Part shown: positions 41,224 through 51,386 of the stretch, piece after piece | Layout of the letters: each line of letters opens with the position of its first letter | Numbering within the stretch: position 1 is the first letter of the stretch | From: Armatimonadota bacterium | Lineage (GTDB): Bacteria; Armatimonadota; HRBIN16 | Assembly (NCBI GenBank): GCA_963677485.1 | Contig: OY781964.1 | Coordinates: 224,001 to 288,000, forward strand | Reading direction: 5' to 3' | DNA length: 64,000 nt | Made by a program: the position numbers and the translations under genes | Notes under the pieces: model-generated | What the model saw: the letters and a program-made list of their open reading frames with translations, nothing else | The model's database searches: none | Told to the model about the DNA's origin: nothing

Positions 41224-42600
41224 TCACACCTCCACGGTGATCGGTCCAGCGGCTGACCAGTCACCCTGCGGCGAGTCCTCGCCGGGTAGCTTCGTCTTGG
41301 TGTCGGGCCAGGGCTCAAGCCGGCCTGTCAGCAGCGGGTCGTCCGTCTGCTCCATCCAGCGTTGCAAACGGCCCCGCATCTCAACCAAAACATCCGCATA
41401 TGAAACATCCGATGCGCAGTTGCAGGCCTCATTGGGATCAAACACCAGGTCATACAGCTCCTCAGTCACCTGAGCCCGATGGTCCCAGTCCGCTTGCCGG
41501 AGTAAAGTTTTGGTGACACTGTCATCGCAGTTAGGCAGCACCGGACCCTCTTGTGGCGTAAACCGGCGGATGTAGTTGTATCGTAGAGTCCGCACCGAGC
41601 GCATCGGCTCCGCGGCAGCGTGCCAGTTTACCTCCGCAAAGGCCTCATCACGTATCGTGTCGCCTGCACTGACCATTGGCATGAGCGAGGAACCTTCAAG
41701 CCAGTCGGGAGCCGTTAAGCCAGCCACCTCGCAGATGGTGGGGAACAGATCCACATGGCTGACCAGCCCGTCCATCACACGGCCGCCGTGCAGCCCGGAG
41801 GTCTGGTAGCGCATCATCAGCAGCACCCCTGTGCCGTGACTGGTCAGGTTGCACTTCATCAGCGGATAGGCGATGCCATGATCGGTGGTGATGACCACCA
41901 GGGTGTTGTGCGCCAGACCAGCCAGCTTCAGTGCCTCCAACACTCGCCCGACGCAGGCATCCAGCCTGTACGCCGCCACCCTAAAATCGGCAAAATCCTG
42001 CCTGACCTCAGGTGTGTCCGGCAGCGGAGCTGGAGGCCGCACGTAACGGGCATCGCCTTCCGGCGCATGGCGCGTGGTATGCCACTGCTCGCCGTCACCC
42101 ATCCGGTGCGTCAGCATGAACCCGCAGTCCAGGAAAAACGGCTGTTGGCCATCGGACTTCAGAATGTAGTCACAGGCCGCCTGGGCAAACCAGTCGTTCT
42201 GAGACTCAAAGTCGTTTACCCAGACGGGAGGGTTCTCCGTATACAACAGTCTGTCATAGCCCAGATCAGGCAGTCTCTCAGCTGATGCCACATGCTGCAC
42301 ACCGGCCAACGCGGTGGCGTAGCCATTCGTCTTCAGGAAGCTTGCCAGGTGGTGCGAAGGCTCTGTCAGCCGTCCACCAAGGTGGGCCAAAGCCACCATA
42401 CCGTTCTGATGGGGATACTGGCCTGTGAGCAGCGATGCGCGGCTGGGAGAGCAAGTTGGGGCGGCACTGTAGGCGTTACGAAACAGCACACTTTGCTCAG
42501 CAAAGCGTTGAAGGTTCGGGGTTTTGACCGCATATCCATATGGCTGGATATACCGGCCGGTATCATGAGAATGAATATAGATGACGTTCGGATGGCCCAT
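41224..42600 (-). CDS. Sulfatase (formylglycine-dependent, sulfamidase-like)
   Basis: PNVIYIHSHD, CSPSRASLLTG, TTDHG, EELYDL. Confidence 0.92.
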   Translation of the reverse strand: MGHPNVIYIHSHDTGRYIQPYGYAVKTPNLQRFAEQSVLFRNAYSAAPTCSPSRASLLTGQYPHQNGMVALAHLGGRLTEPSHHLASFLKTNGYATALAGVQHVASAERLPDLGYDRLLYTENPPVWVNDFESQNDWFAQAACDYILKSDGQQPFFLDCGFMLTHRMGDGEQWHTTRHAPEGDARYVRPPAPLPDTPEVRQDFADFRVAAYRLDACVGRVLEALKLAGLAHNTLVVITTDHGIAYPLMKCNLTSHGTGVLLMMRYQTSGLHGGRVMDGLVSHVDLFPTICEVAGLTAPDWLEGSSLMPMVSAGDTIRDEAFAEVNWHAAAEPMRSVRTLRYNYIRRFTPQEGPVLPNCDDSVTKTLLRQADWDHRAQVTEELYDLVFDPNEACNCASDVSYADVLVEMRGRLQRWMEQTDDPLLTGRLEPWPDTKTKLPGEDSPQGDWSAAGPITVEV

Positions 42601-42660
42601 GGCTTAGGTGTCCTATCTGCCGTGACACAAATTCAACCGCACGGCAGGCATATTATAACC

Positions 42661-43584
42661 CTATACGATGGGGATGCGCTTCGGTTTGCTGAACACACAC
42701 CTTACGAGTCTATACAGGCTTTTCATGCGCAGCGGATACCGCAGCCAGTTCCGGGCCCATATGCCGATGGCCGTCTTGCGGTGCCCCAATATCTCGTGGG
42801 CTCCCGCCAGGCAGGCCTCACTGTGGATCAGCGCGAGTTTCATCTCTTTGGGGTCTGCGGCGGTGCTGACCAATCGGGCTTCATTCTTGCGGATCGCCGA
42901 TTCCCTGACCCATGTCTCATCATCAAACACGTGGCGGCGCTGCCGTGAGGCGTTCGCTCCATGGATACGGTAGCGGGTATACTCGGCGGGCACAAACTCG
43001 ATATCACCCACCGTGGCCAGGCGCAGCCACATATGCCAGTCACCCGATCCGAACAGCCGGGGCTCGAACAACCCGACTTCCTTGAGTATGCTGCTGCGCA
43101 TCAATACGGAGGAGGCGATCATGCAGTTCGCGCGGATGAGGTTGGTCATGATATTGCCCGATGGCGGCGACGGCCAGTCAAATCCAAAAGGGTTCTGATC
43201 GACCTTATTACCGTTGGCGTCCACGAAACCTCCGCCGGTATGGGCTGCTGTGGCTTGGGGGTTAGCCTGCATGGCGGCCACCTGAGCCGACAACTTGCCA
43301 GCCTCCCAGTAGTCATCGCTGTTCAAGATCGCTATGAACTCACCTTGGGCCAGTCGGATGCCGCGGTTCAGTGCGCCGTATGTGCCGCCGGTCTTCTGAC
43401 ACTCTAGACGGATTTTCCCGCCATAACCCTTAAGTATCTCTACCGATTGGTCTGATGAGCCATCGTCAACCACTATGACTTCGATCTGAGGGTAGTCCTG
43501 ATTCAATACCGAGTCAATGCACTGAGCAATAAACTGAGCATGGTTATAGCTCGAAATGACGACGGATACCAGTCCCTTAACCAA
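42661..43584 (-). CDS. Glycosyltransferase family 2
   Basis: VSVVISSYN, VVDDGSSD, LNSDD, YRIH. Confidence 0.9.
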   Translation of the reverse strand: MVKGLVSVVISSYNHAQFIAQCIDSVLNQDYPQIEVIVVDDGSSDQSVEILKGYGGKIRLECQKTGGTYGALNRGIRLAQGEFIAILNSDDYWEAGKLSAQVAAMQANPQATAAHTGGGFVDANGNKVDQNPFGFDWPSPPSGNIMTNLIRANCMIASSVLMRSSILKEVGLFEPRLFGSGDWHMWLRLATVGDIEFVPAEYTRYRIHGANASRQRRHVFDDETWVRESAIRKNEARLVSTAADPKEMKLALIHSEACLAGAHEILGHRKTAIGIWARNWLRYPLRMKSLYRLVRCVFSKPKRIPIV

Positions 43585-43634
43585 AGCTATGTCCCTTCAG
43601 ATATGGCCATTTGTAACAACCATGTCACAATAAT

Positions 43635-43664
43635 CAGCCCCCTTTGAATGATCAAAGGGGGCTG
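43635..43664 (-). terminator. Hairpin after argF
   Basis: cagccccctttga-atga-tcaaagggggctg. Confidence 0.7.
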
Positions 43665-43672
43665 TGTTCAAT

Positions 43673-44638
43673 CTAGAATCCACCTACCAGCGCGGCGATC
43701 ACAGCCTTTTGGGCATGGAGCCGGTTCTCAGCTTGATCGAAAACTATGCTCTGGGCACTGTCCATCACATCATCTGTGATTTCGGAGCCCCTGTGTGCGG
43801 GCAGACAATGCATGGCCACCGCGTCAGGTTTCGCAGCACTCATCAACGCGCTGTTCACCTGGAAGCCCTTGAAGTCTTGTTCGCGTTTGGCGGTCTCCGC
43901 TTCCTGCCCCATGCTGGCCCAGACATCGGTATAGACGGCATCTGCGCCCTCTACTGCCGCGTAAGGGTCGTTCACGATCTCCACGTTCGAACCCGAAGCC
44001 TCGGCGAAAGTGCGTGCTATCTCCACATACTTGGCACTTGGTTCGTAACCAACCGGACAGGCCACCGTGATATTCACTCCGGTATGTCCCGCCAGCAGCA
44101 TCAAGCTATGCGCCACGTTGTTCCCGTCGCCTATATACGCCATCTTCAGGCCTTCAAGGTGCCCTTTCGATTCGCGCAGGGCCAGGAAATCCGCCAGAGC
44201 CTGGCAGGGATGTTCCTCGTCACACAGCGCGTTGATCACGGGCTTATCGCCCCACTGCGCCAAATCCACCAGCGATTCATGTGCAAACACCCGTCCCATC
44301 ACCACATGGCACCAGCGCTCCAGGTTTCGGGCGATGTCCGCCACGCTCTCGCGCTTACCCAGTCCGATTTCGGCTGGGCTGAGGTAGACCGCGTGTCCGC
44401 CCAGTTGCACCATGGCGGTTTCAAAAGTAAAGCGGGTACGCAGTGAAGGCTTCTCGAAAATCATAGCCAAAATGCGTAGGTTGTCCCAGTGCAGGCGCTC
44501 TGCACCGGCACGTGTGCCTTCTTTCAGTCTGGCGGCCAACTCCAGCAACGCTAGTGCCTCTTGTTTCGAGATGTCCTTGATACCGAGCAGGTCGCGTGAC
44601 TGCAGCGACTCTACCGGTGTGAGAAGCTCATGTGCCAT
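43673..44638 (-). CDS. argF: Ornithine carbamoyltransferase
   Basis: FEKPSLRT, HPCQ, GDGNN, WASMG, HCLP, QAENR. Confidence 0.95.
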   Translation of the reverse strand: MAHELLTPVESLQSRDLLGIKDISKQEALALLELAARLKEGTRAGAERLHWDNLRILAMIFEKPSLRTRFTFETAMVQLGGHAVYLSPAEIGLGKRESVADIARNLERWCHVVMGRVFAHESLVDLAQWGDKPVINALCDEEHPCQALADFLALRESKGHLEGLKMAYIGDGNNVAHSLMLLAGHTGVNITVACPVGYEPSAKYVEIARTFAEASGSNVEIVNDPYAAVEGADAVYTDVWASMGQEAETAKREQDFKGFQVNSALMSAAKPDAVAMHCLPAHRGSEITDDVMDSAQSIVFDQAENRLHAQKAVIAALVGGF

Positions 44639-44763
44639 CACATACGTTCCCCTTTCTAAATGCGTGTACGAATACAGTTTATCAGATGAAATCCGCATTG
44701 CCTAAAAACGGAACGTCGGAGCCGTATAGACCCCGACGTAACCATTGAATACTGAGAAGAAGA

Positions 44764-45069
44764 CTAGCCGGCTTCGCTATCCACAATCAACGGCACGATG
44801 AACATGCCGTCACGCTTTTCTGGTGCATTAGCCACCACTTGGTCGGGTGTCAGCCCCTGTTCGGCCTTGTCTTCCCGCAGCACGTTATATACTGGGAAGG
44901 AGTGAGCGGTCGGCTCAACATTCGAGGTGTCGAGCTCTTGAAGCTTTTCAAACTGCCCCATGAGGCCGTTCAAGTGCTTCTCCATGCTCTGCATCTCATC
45001 GGGATCGAGCTGCAACCGAGCCAACCTCGCCACATGGGCGATCTCTTTTTGTGTTAGTCTTTCTGCCAT
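44764..45069 (-). CDS. gatC: Asp/Glu-tRNA amidotransferase subunit C
   Basis: HVARLARL, LRED, NAPE..FIVP. Confidence 0.92.
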   Translation of the reverse strand: MAERLTQKEIAHVARLARLQLDPDEMQSMEKHLNGLMGQFEKLQELDTSNVEPTAHSFPVYNVLREDKAEQGLTPDQVVANAPEKRDGMFIVPLIVDSEAG

Positions 45070-45095
45070 GCTATTTCCTTGTAAGTAACTGGTCA

Positions 45096-45180
45096 TAGGG
45101 GCGCCTCTTGTGGGCGCCCTAAAGAACAACAAACCATCAACAGAGCAACGTTTCGGGCGCCCACAAGGGACGCCCCTACG
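45096..45180. repeat. GTAG-type REP doublet
   Basis: taggggcgcctcttgtgggcgccc ... gggcgcccacaagggacgcccctacg. Confidence 0.8.
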
Positions 45181-45238
45181 GTCATATCAGTCATAGCGTA
45201 GGCTGCCATGAGCTCATGCGACGGTGCTGTCTACTTGA

Positions 45239-45757
45239 TTACAGTCTGCAACCGACTGACAGAACAATCGAGTCACCACGGTCACCACGTCCGCCCACTG
45301 CGTCGGTGAAGTTATAGTTCGCTTCAACAAACACGCGGTCCGTCAGATTGGAACCTAAACTTAACTTGGCACCAATAACCATCTCTGCGCCGTTACCAGC
45401 AGGTTTCAGCCAGTATGGACCAAAGCCGATGCCGACATAGGTCTTCTCCAAGCCGTCAATAAAGAAATACTGGTTCATCGTCAACGATGTGATGCTGCCA
45501 GTCTGACCATTTTTACTGCGCTGTGCATAGTCCAGACAGAGTCTGGAATCGCCTTCGGGGATCAAGCCTGTAGGCAGTTTCGCCTCTGCACCGAGTGACA
45601 GCCAAGTGTCGCTGGGTTGCATTGCTGCTGTCTGAACATAAGATGCGCCGATTTTGACGGCGTAACTCTTACCATTATCGTCTGCGGTTGCGCACACGGA
45701 AGCTGCCAAAGTGACAACGGCCGCGGCAAGGACTGCGATCGAACGAATGCTGAGCAT
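45239..45757 (-). CDS. Small outer-membrane beta-barrel protein
   Basis: Signal peptide; alternating beta pattern (TYVGIGFGPY, VFVEANYNF). Confidence 0.7.
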   Translation of the reverse strand: MLSIRSIAVLAAAVVTLAASVCATADDNGKSYAVKIGASYVQTAAMQPSDTWLSLGAEAKLPTGLIPEGDSRLCLDYAQRSKNGQTGSITSLTMNQYFFIDGLEKTYVGIGFGPYWLKPAGNGAEMVIGAKLSLGSNLTDRVFVEANYNFTDAVGGRGDRGDSIVLSVGCRL

Positions 45758-45929
45758 GCTAAGTCACCTAAATGTGCCAATAGATTAAGGTTCATCTCGA
45801 TGATGTACCTTGCCTCATTATACGTTCGCAGTACGAGTGATGTCAAACTGCCAACACTTGAGGATACAATAATAGAGGTGAACCCATCTGGTTCCCGGAC
45901 GTCTATCTATGTAGGAAGGATGGACGTAT

Positions 45930-46559
45930 ATGAGCACACTTGCAGGATGTATGATGGCTGATTGCGACGCGTCACTGGTAGATAGATGCCTGACCAACGA
46001 TCCAAACGCCTTCGACGAGGTTGTAGATCGTTATCATCGACGCATCTATCATTATGTGAAGCGCATGGTCAAGGACGATACCACCGCAGAAGACCTTACA
46101 CAGGACACTTTCGTGAAAGCCTATCTGCATATCTCCAAATTCAGGCAGCAGAGTTCGCTTCAGACCTGGCTTTTTTCCATCGCGACCAATGTGGTGCGTG
46201 ACCACATTCGCAAGTGTTCACGACGTCCCAGCATTTTCAGCCTTTGGTCTAGCGGCCTTCAAAGCGAAGAAGATCAACAGATTGACATTCCCGATGTCAG
46301 CAACACTCCTGAGCTAAATTTACTATTATCGGAACAATCGGACACCATCAATGAACTCATCAACGCTCTTCCAGAGAAGATGCGTCAGGTTCTGGTGTTA
46401 TGCGACCTTGAGGAATTCACACAGGTCGAAGTAGGCATAATGCTGAACGTACCAAGTGGAACGGTGAAAAGCCGTTTGTTTCACGCCAGAGCCAAACTGA
46501 GAATTGGGTTGCAACCATATCTTGAGGGCCGATCCCCACGTGAGGTGACATCGCCATGA
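45930..46559 (+). CDS. ECF sigma-70 factor
   Basis: AEDLTQDTF, TWLFSIATN, GTVKSRLFHAR; true start may be about 20 nt downstream. Confidence 0.92.
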   Translation: MSTLAGCMMADCDASLVDRCLTNDPNAFDEVVDRYHRRIYHYVKRMVKDDTTAEDLTQDTFVKAYLHISKFRQQSSLQTWLFSIATNVVRDHIRKCSRRPSIFSLWSSGLQSEEDQQIDIPDVSNTPELNLLLSEQSDTINELINALPEKMRQVLVLCDLEEFTQVEVGIMLNVPSGTVKSRLFHARAKLRIGLQPYLEGRSPREVTSP

Positions 46560-46996
46560 ATACCTGTAAACAGCAAATCAACAATATCATGGACTACGTG
46601 GATGGCTCCTTGAACGGAGTTAAGCGCGAACAATTTGAAACTCATCTCCACGAATGTGCGAGCTGCACACAGTCGTTGCTCGCCATACAGCAAGGTTTAG
46701 CGGTAGCAAAGGCAGCTCACAGCTATTGCCCGCCGGAATCGGCATCGGTGAAGGTAAAAACTGCATTGAGGCTCGCAGCTCTCAAGCAGCGTATGGTCTG
46801 GCCTCGTCGTATCGCTTTTGCGGGCGCGTGTGCCTGCATCGTCACCATATCAATGCTGGTCTGGCATCCCTACGCTCAGACGAATAATCAAGTCAACATC
46901 AACAAACTGATAACTGAAGACCATGTATCATGGCAGAACTCCGAAGCATTCAGTGATCCAGCTTTAGCGGAGATCCGCACGGCGGAGCGTCTGTGA
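46556..46996 (+). CDS. Zinc-binding (zf-HC2) membrane anti-sigma factor
   Basis: HLHECASC (HxxxCxxC), one TM segment, coupled to the sigma gene. Confidence 0.85.
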   Translation: MNTCKQQINNIMDYVDGSLNGVKREQFETHLHECASCTQSLLAIQQGLAVAKAAHSYCPPESASVKVKTALRLAALKQRMVWPRRIAFAGACACIVTISMLVWHPYAQTNNQVNINKLITEDHVSWQNSEAFSDPALAEIRTAERL

Positions 46997-47955
46997 TGTT
47001 TCGGCGGGTTTTAGCTGTCTCGCTGCTGTTGTGCTGTTGTGGGTTGGTTCACGCCGATGACGCACTCGATATCCTGCGGCAGACGGCCGAATCAGAACAA
47101 AGCATTAAATTCCGCGGTGAACGAAGAACGGAGTTCCCCGATACCAACCATGCAGCAGTGGTTGAGATCGTGATACGCGATGGTATGCGCATCCGGAGCA
47201 CAATTGTGCAGCCTGAGAAGTTAAAAGGTCTTTTGGTCATAGATGATGGACAGAGGCTTTATGTGTTGAAGCCAGGAGAAGCTACGGCTACTCCGGCTCC
47301 CTCACGACAAGCGGAGTTGTCTCGCATGACTGCCGCACTGTTGAGGTTCATCCGTCAAGGTATCACCAAAGCCGAGGTTACAGGCACCGAAGTGGTAGCC
47401 GGCCGCTCCTGCAAAATCATACAGCTTGTGACGAATGGCATGCTTACCCACCGCCTGTGGATTGACGAAGATAGCTACGTCACACTCAAACAAGCCGAAT
47501 ACCAGTTTGGCGGAAAACCGCGGTTTATTCAAAGCTTCACGCGGTTTAAATCGCCTGTGAAGATACCTGGATCTACCTTCAAACTGCCCGCGAGCATCAA
47601 GCTCAATGAGACACCAGTAGTGACGGCCCCGCAATACTACCCGACCGTGAAGGAAGCTCAAAAGACCGTCGACTTTATCATTCGGTCGCCGAAAAACCTG
47701 CCCCCAGGATATAGGCTGGTAGGTGTGCGAGTCAACCCCTTCATGGGACGAGTGTTTGTCAGTCAGCACTTCACTAACAACCAGTTCAATATCACCGTCT
47801 TCCAGACTAAGGCGATGCGTGGCTCTGGCTTGAACAAGTTCAAACCCACCCCCCAGCACCAATGGATGTCATGGCAGCAGGATGGCATCGAATTTGGCAT
47901 TCTGGGTATGGTGCCTTATCAAGTGATGCAGCAGTTTGAACGGGTGATGAAGTAG
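46993..47955 (+). CDS. RseB/MucB (LolA-like fold) periplasmic regulator
   Basis: Signal peptide, VAGR.C..RLWIDEDSY motif, third gene of the ECF operon. Confidence 0.7.
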   Translation: MMFRRVLAVSLLLCCCGLVHADDALDILRQTAESEQSIKFRGERRTEFPDTNHAAVVEIVIRDGMRIRSTIVQPEKLKGLLVIDDGQRLYVLKPGEATATPAPSRQAELSRMTAALLRFIRQGITKAEVTGTEVVAGRSCKIIQLVTNGMLTHRLWIDEDSYVTLKQAEYQFGGKPRFIQSFTRFKSPVKIPGSTFKLPASIKLNETPVVTAPQYYPTVKEAQKTVDFIIRSPKNLPPGYRLVGVRVNPFMGRVFVSQHFTNNQFNITVFQTKAMRGSGLNKFKPTPQHQWMSWQQDGIEFGILGMVPYQVMQQFERVMK

Positions 47956-48139
47956 CCGTTGCGATCGGGCACCATGACAAACGGCTCTGAGTTAATACGC
48001 CGCTATATTTTCCTCAACGCCTCAATATTCTACACTCTGCCAGATCATACAAACTCTATGCCATTCTATCCATTTTCCACGCTTAAATCTGAGCTATAAT
48101 AGTACAAATACAGCTATTATCGTAAGGAGAATCCAATAG

Positions 48140-49255
48140 ATGCAGTCAACTAGTACAGGCCAGACAGCCGTTTTCGCAGGTGCAGCACAACCGCTTGAGC
48201 TCCGCTCCTATCCTGTCATGGAGCCTGATGCCCACACCACTCGGCTTCGTTTAGCCTACAGCGGAATCTGCGGCACGGATGTTCACATCGCCGAAGGCAG
48301 GCTGGCGATGCCGGCAGGCTGCATTCCCGGTCATGAATTTGTGGGGATCATCGAAGCGATCGGTGAAGGCACCGCTACAGATGCACTGGGGCAACCAATC
48401 AAGCCCGGTGACGCCGCTATTGCCTGCATCGCCGTGCCCTGCGGTAAGTGCTTCAATTGCTTGAATGGCGGATCCGCCAACTGCCTGAACTTCGGATTAA
48501 CAAACTCCCAGGATGCCTCCGTGGCACCGCACTTTCATGGAGGGTATGGCGAGTTTCTATTCCACCCCACCCAGAAACTGGTGCTGATCCCTGAAGGCAT
48601 CGATCTGGCTGCAGCGGCAGCTTTCCCGTGTGCAGGCCCGACTATCATACAGGCCTTCATGAACGCTGGCCCGTTGCAGGCGGGTGAACTGGTGGTGGTG
48701 CAAGGCACTGGGCCGGTTGGTCTTTTTGCCATCGCATGGGCTTCGGCAGCGGGCTGTGTGGTAGCCGCCATCGGCTCATCATCGAACCCAGAACGCATGG
48801 AAATGGCGAAGTCTTTAGGGGCAACTCTCGTATGGGACCGCCGCACCAGCACTCCAGAACAGCGCCTGTCCGATGTACAGAAGATGGCCAAGGAGCTAAA
48901 CCGTGGTGACGGAGCCGATGTGGTGATCGAAGCCTCGGGAGCTCCCAGTGCGATCCCAGAAGGTCTCAATCTGGTGCGCACCCGTGGACGCTACCTGGTG
49001 CCAGGCCAGTATTCCCTCAGCGGTGCTGTGGAGATACAGCCGCAGCTCATTACCTTTAAGGCGATCCAGATCAGCGGGAGCAGCCAGTATACAATCGCCG
49101 ACCTGGGCACATACGTGCAGTTCCTGCAGAATCACCCTGAACTGTATGCGGCCTTTGCCAGCACGATCACCCACAGGTATGCCATTTCGGAAGTCAACAC
49201 CGCTCTAGCAAACGCTAGCCAGGGCAAATCCATCAAGGGAGTATTTGTCGCATGA
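48140..49255 (+). CDS. Zinc-dependent alcohol dehydrogenase (MDR family)
   Basis: GICGTD, GHE, CGKCFNC..C, GTGPVG. Confidence 0.92.
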   Translation: MQSTSTGQTAVFAGAAQPLELRSYPVMEPDAHTTRLRLAYSGICGTDVHIAEGRLAMPAGCIPGHEFVGIIEAIGEGTATDALGQPIKPGDAAIACIAVPCGKCFNCLNGGSANCLNFGLTNSQDASVAPHFHGGYGEFLFHPTQKLVLIPEGIDLAAAAAFPCAGPTIIQAFMNAGPLQAGELVVVQGTGPVGLFAIAWASAAGCVVAAIGSSSNPERMEMAKSLGATLVWDRRTSTPEQRLSDVQKMAKELNRGDGADVVIEASGAPSAIPEGLNLVRTRGRYLVPGQYSLSGAVEIQPQLITFKAIQISGSSQYTIADLGTYVQFLQNHPELYAAFASTITHRYAISEVNTALANASQGKSIKGVFVA

Positions 49256-51351
49256 TCACAACAGCAGCACCCTCATGGCAGACTGTATTAGGCCAGACCA
49301 GAGCCGCGAATGCCTCTGCCCGCGGCCGCTACGACTTGCGCAAACTCTACCGCGTAGAGGCGTATCGCACACATTCTGGTGAGCCCGAACCGATAGTCCG
49401 TGCCTTCGCATTTGCGAATGTGCTGGACAACATATCCCTGCACTGCGACGATGACGAGTTGTTCGCTGGCAGCCCTGTGGGCTTCCTGAGTCACACACTG
49501 CCTGATGATATATCTGATGCGGAGTTTGAACAGATCGCCACCGAACATGATTCGCGGGGTCACAGGAACTTTATCACAGGATGGGACCACTCGCTGGCGG
49601 ATTACCGCACCCTGCTCTCTGAGGGGATCTGTGGGATGATGGCCAAAGTCGACCATTCTGTGTCCCAGCATACCGAACCTGACCGGCTCAACTATTTGAG
49701 GGCCATTAAGATCGTGCTGGAAGGCCTGTCACGCTTCGCCTTGCGCTACGCTGATGCCTGCGAAGCAGTTGAGAACACCCTCACTTCAGCAAATCTGCGG
49801 CAGATTGCCTGGCAGCCCCCTCTGACACTGCAACAGGCGATGCAGCTCGTATGGCTAACCCACATGGCCTTCAGCAGCGAAGGTCGCGGGCATATGGCCC
49901 TCGGGCGCATTGACCAGTATCTATTGCCGTTCTACAAGAGCGACATGGCTAATGGGACGATCACCGAATCGGATGCACTGGACTGCTTCTGCCACCTGTG
50001 GGCAAAAATCGAGGCCCTTGGCGAGGTTACCAACATCTGCATCGGCGGACTGACACCGCAAGGCGAAGACGCCACTAACGAGCTCTCCTACATCTGCCTC
50101 GATGCCACTCGCCTCATACAGTCACCGCATACCAACCTTTCTGCGCGGTTCCATGACGGCACCCCGGAAGCGTTCCATCGGGCCTGTTTTGAGTGCATCC
50201 GCACCGGTGTGGGATTCCCCGCGATCTTCAATGACCATGTGCTTCTGCCGGGCTTGGAAGAGATTGGGATACCGAGTGAAGTCGCCAGAGATTATTGCAT
50301 GGTGGGCTGCATCGAGACGATGCTGGCCGGACGACAGCAAGCCTGGTCGGACAACCGGTTCAACACCCCGATCTGCCTGCTCAGTGCCATGAAACGGCTG
50401 TCGGAGGAGCAGGATAAATCGTATGATCGGCTGGAGGAGCTGCTAAGGGAAGAGCTCAGCCTGGAGATGGAAAAACACACGAGATTCATCGACGAGATAT
50501 CCACATCGCAGCCAGCGGAGCAAATCCCCGACCCATTCCTCTCCGCGCTCACGCAAGACTGTATCGGCAGAGCGCGTGACATCAACGACGGCGGAGCCCT
50601 TTTCCAGCGGTTCATCGGTGTCGCCATAATGGGTCTGGCCACCATGGCCGATTCGCTGGCCGCGATCAAGAAGCTGGTGTTTGAGCAGAAATCCATCAAA
50701 TGGGATGAGCTTATGAAGGCCCTGGAGGCCGACTTCAAGGGCTACGAGTGGCTTCAGCAGATGCTTCTCAACCGCGCCCCGAAATATGGCAATGACGACC
50801 CGTATGTAGATGAACTTGCCGCATGGATCGTAGACTACAGCTCCAAAGAGGTGTTGAAACACCATGTCTCCACCGGCGGACGATATGTCGGTGCTTTTGC
50901 GGCCAACATCTCCAACATATACGCCGGGATGGAAGTGGGTGCCACACCAGACGGCCGGAACGCCAATACCCCGCTCAGTGATGCAGCCAGCCCCCACTAC
51001 TACCGCGATTGCCACGGCCCCACCGCGTTCATCAACTCGGTCAGCCGACCAGATTACCACCGCGCGCTAACGGGGAGTGTGGTGAACATGAAGTTCGATC
51101 CCGAACACTTCCAGGGCGAAGCAGGCGCCGACCGGTTCTCAGCCTTTACCCATGCATTTTTGGCTGGCCGCATACCGGAGCTGCAGTTTAACTTCACCGG
51201 TAACGAGCAGTTGCACAAGGCACTCGAGAACCCAGACCAGTATAAGGGCCTCGTGGTGCGTGTCAGCGGGTTTTCGGCTTACTTCACGCGGCTGACACCG
51301 GAAGTCCAACAGGACATTCTTCGCCGTCGCGCTCACAACGCGGGCAAATAG
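49252..51351 (+). CDS. Glycyl radical enzyme (PFL superfamily), cytoplasmic
   Basis: LGRIDQY, Cys loop VGCIE, KYGND, ATPDGR, Gly loop VRVSGFS. Confidence 0.9.
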   Translation: MITTAAPSWQTVLGQTRAANASARGRYDLRKLYRVEAYRTHSGEPEPIVRAFAFANVLDNISLHCDDDELFAGSPVGFLSHTLPDDISDAEFEQIATEHDSRGHRNFITGWDHSLADYRTLLSEGICGMMAKVDHSVSQHTEPDRLNYLRAIKIVLEGLSRFALRYADACEAVENTLTSANLRQIAWQPPLTLQQAMQLVWLTHMAFSSEGRGHMALGRIDQYLLPFYKSDMANGTITESDALDCFCHLWAKIEALGEVTNICIGGLTPQGEDATNELSYICLDATRLIQSPHTNLSARFHDGTPEAFHRACFECIRTGVGFPAIFNDHVLLPGLEEIGIPSEVARDYCMVGCIETMLAGRQQAWSDNRFNTPICLLSAMKRLSEEQDKSYDRLEELLREELSLEMEKHTRFIDEISTSQPAEQIPDPFLSALTQDCIGRARDINDGGALFQRFIGVAIMGLATMADSLAAIKKLVFEQKSIKWDELMKALEADFKGYEWLQQMLLNRAPKYGNDDPYVDELAAWIVDYSSKEVLKHHVSTGGRYVGAFAANISNIYAGMEVGATPDGRNANTPLSDAASPHYYRDCHGPTAFINSVSRPDYHRALTGSVVNMKFDPEHFQGEAGADRFSAFTHAFLAGRIPELQFNFTGNEQLHKALENPDQYKGLVVRVSGFSAYFTRLTPEVQQDILRRRAHNAGK

Positions 51352-51386
51352 GCATACTTAACACTACGAATATCGGGGAGCATTCA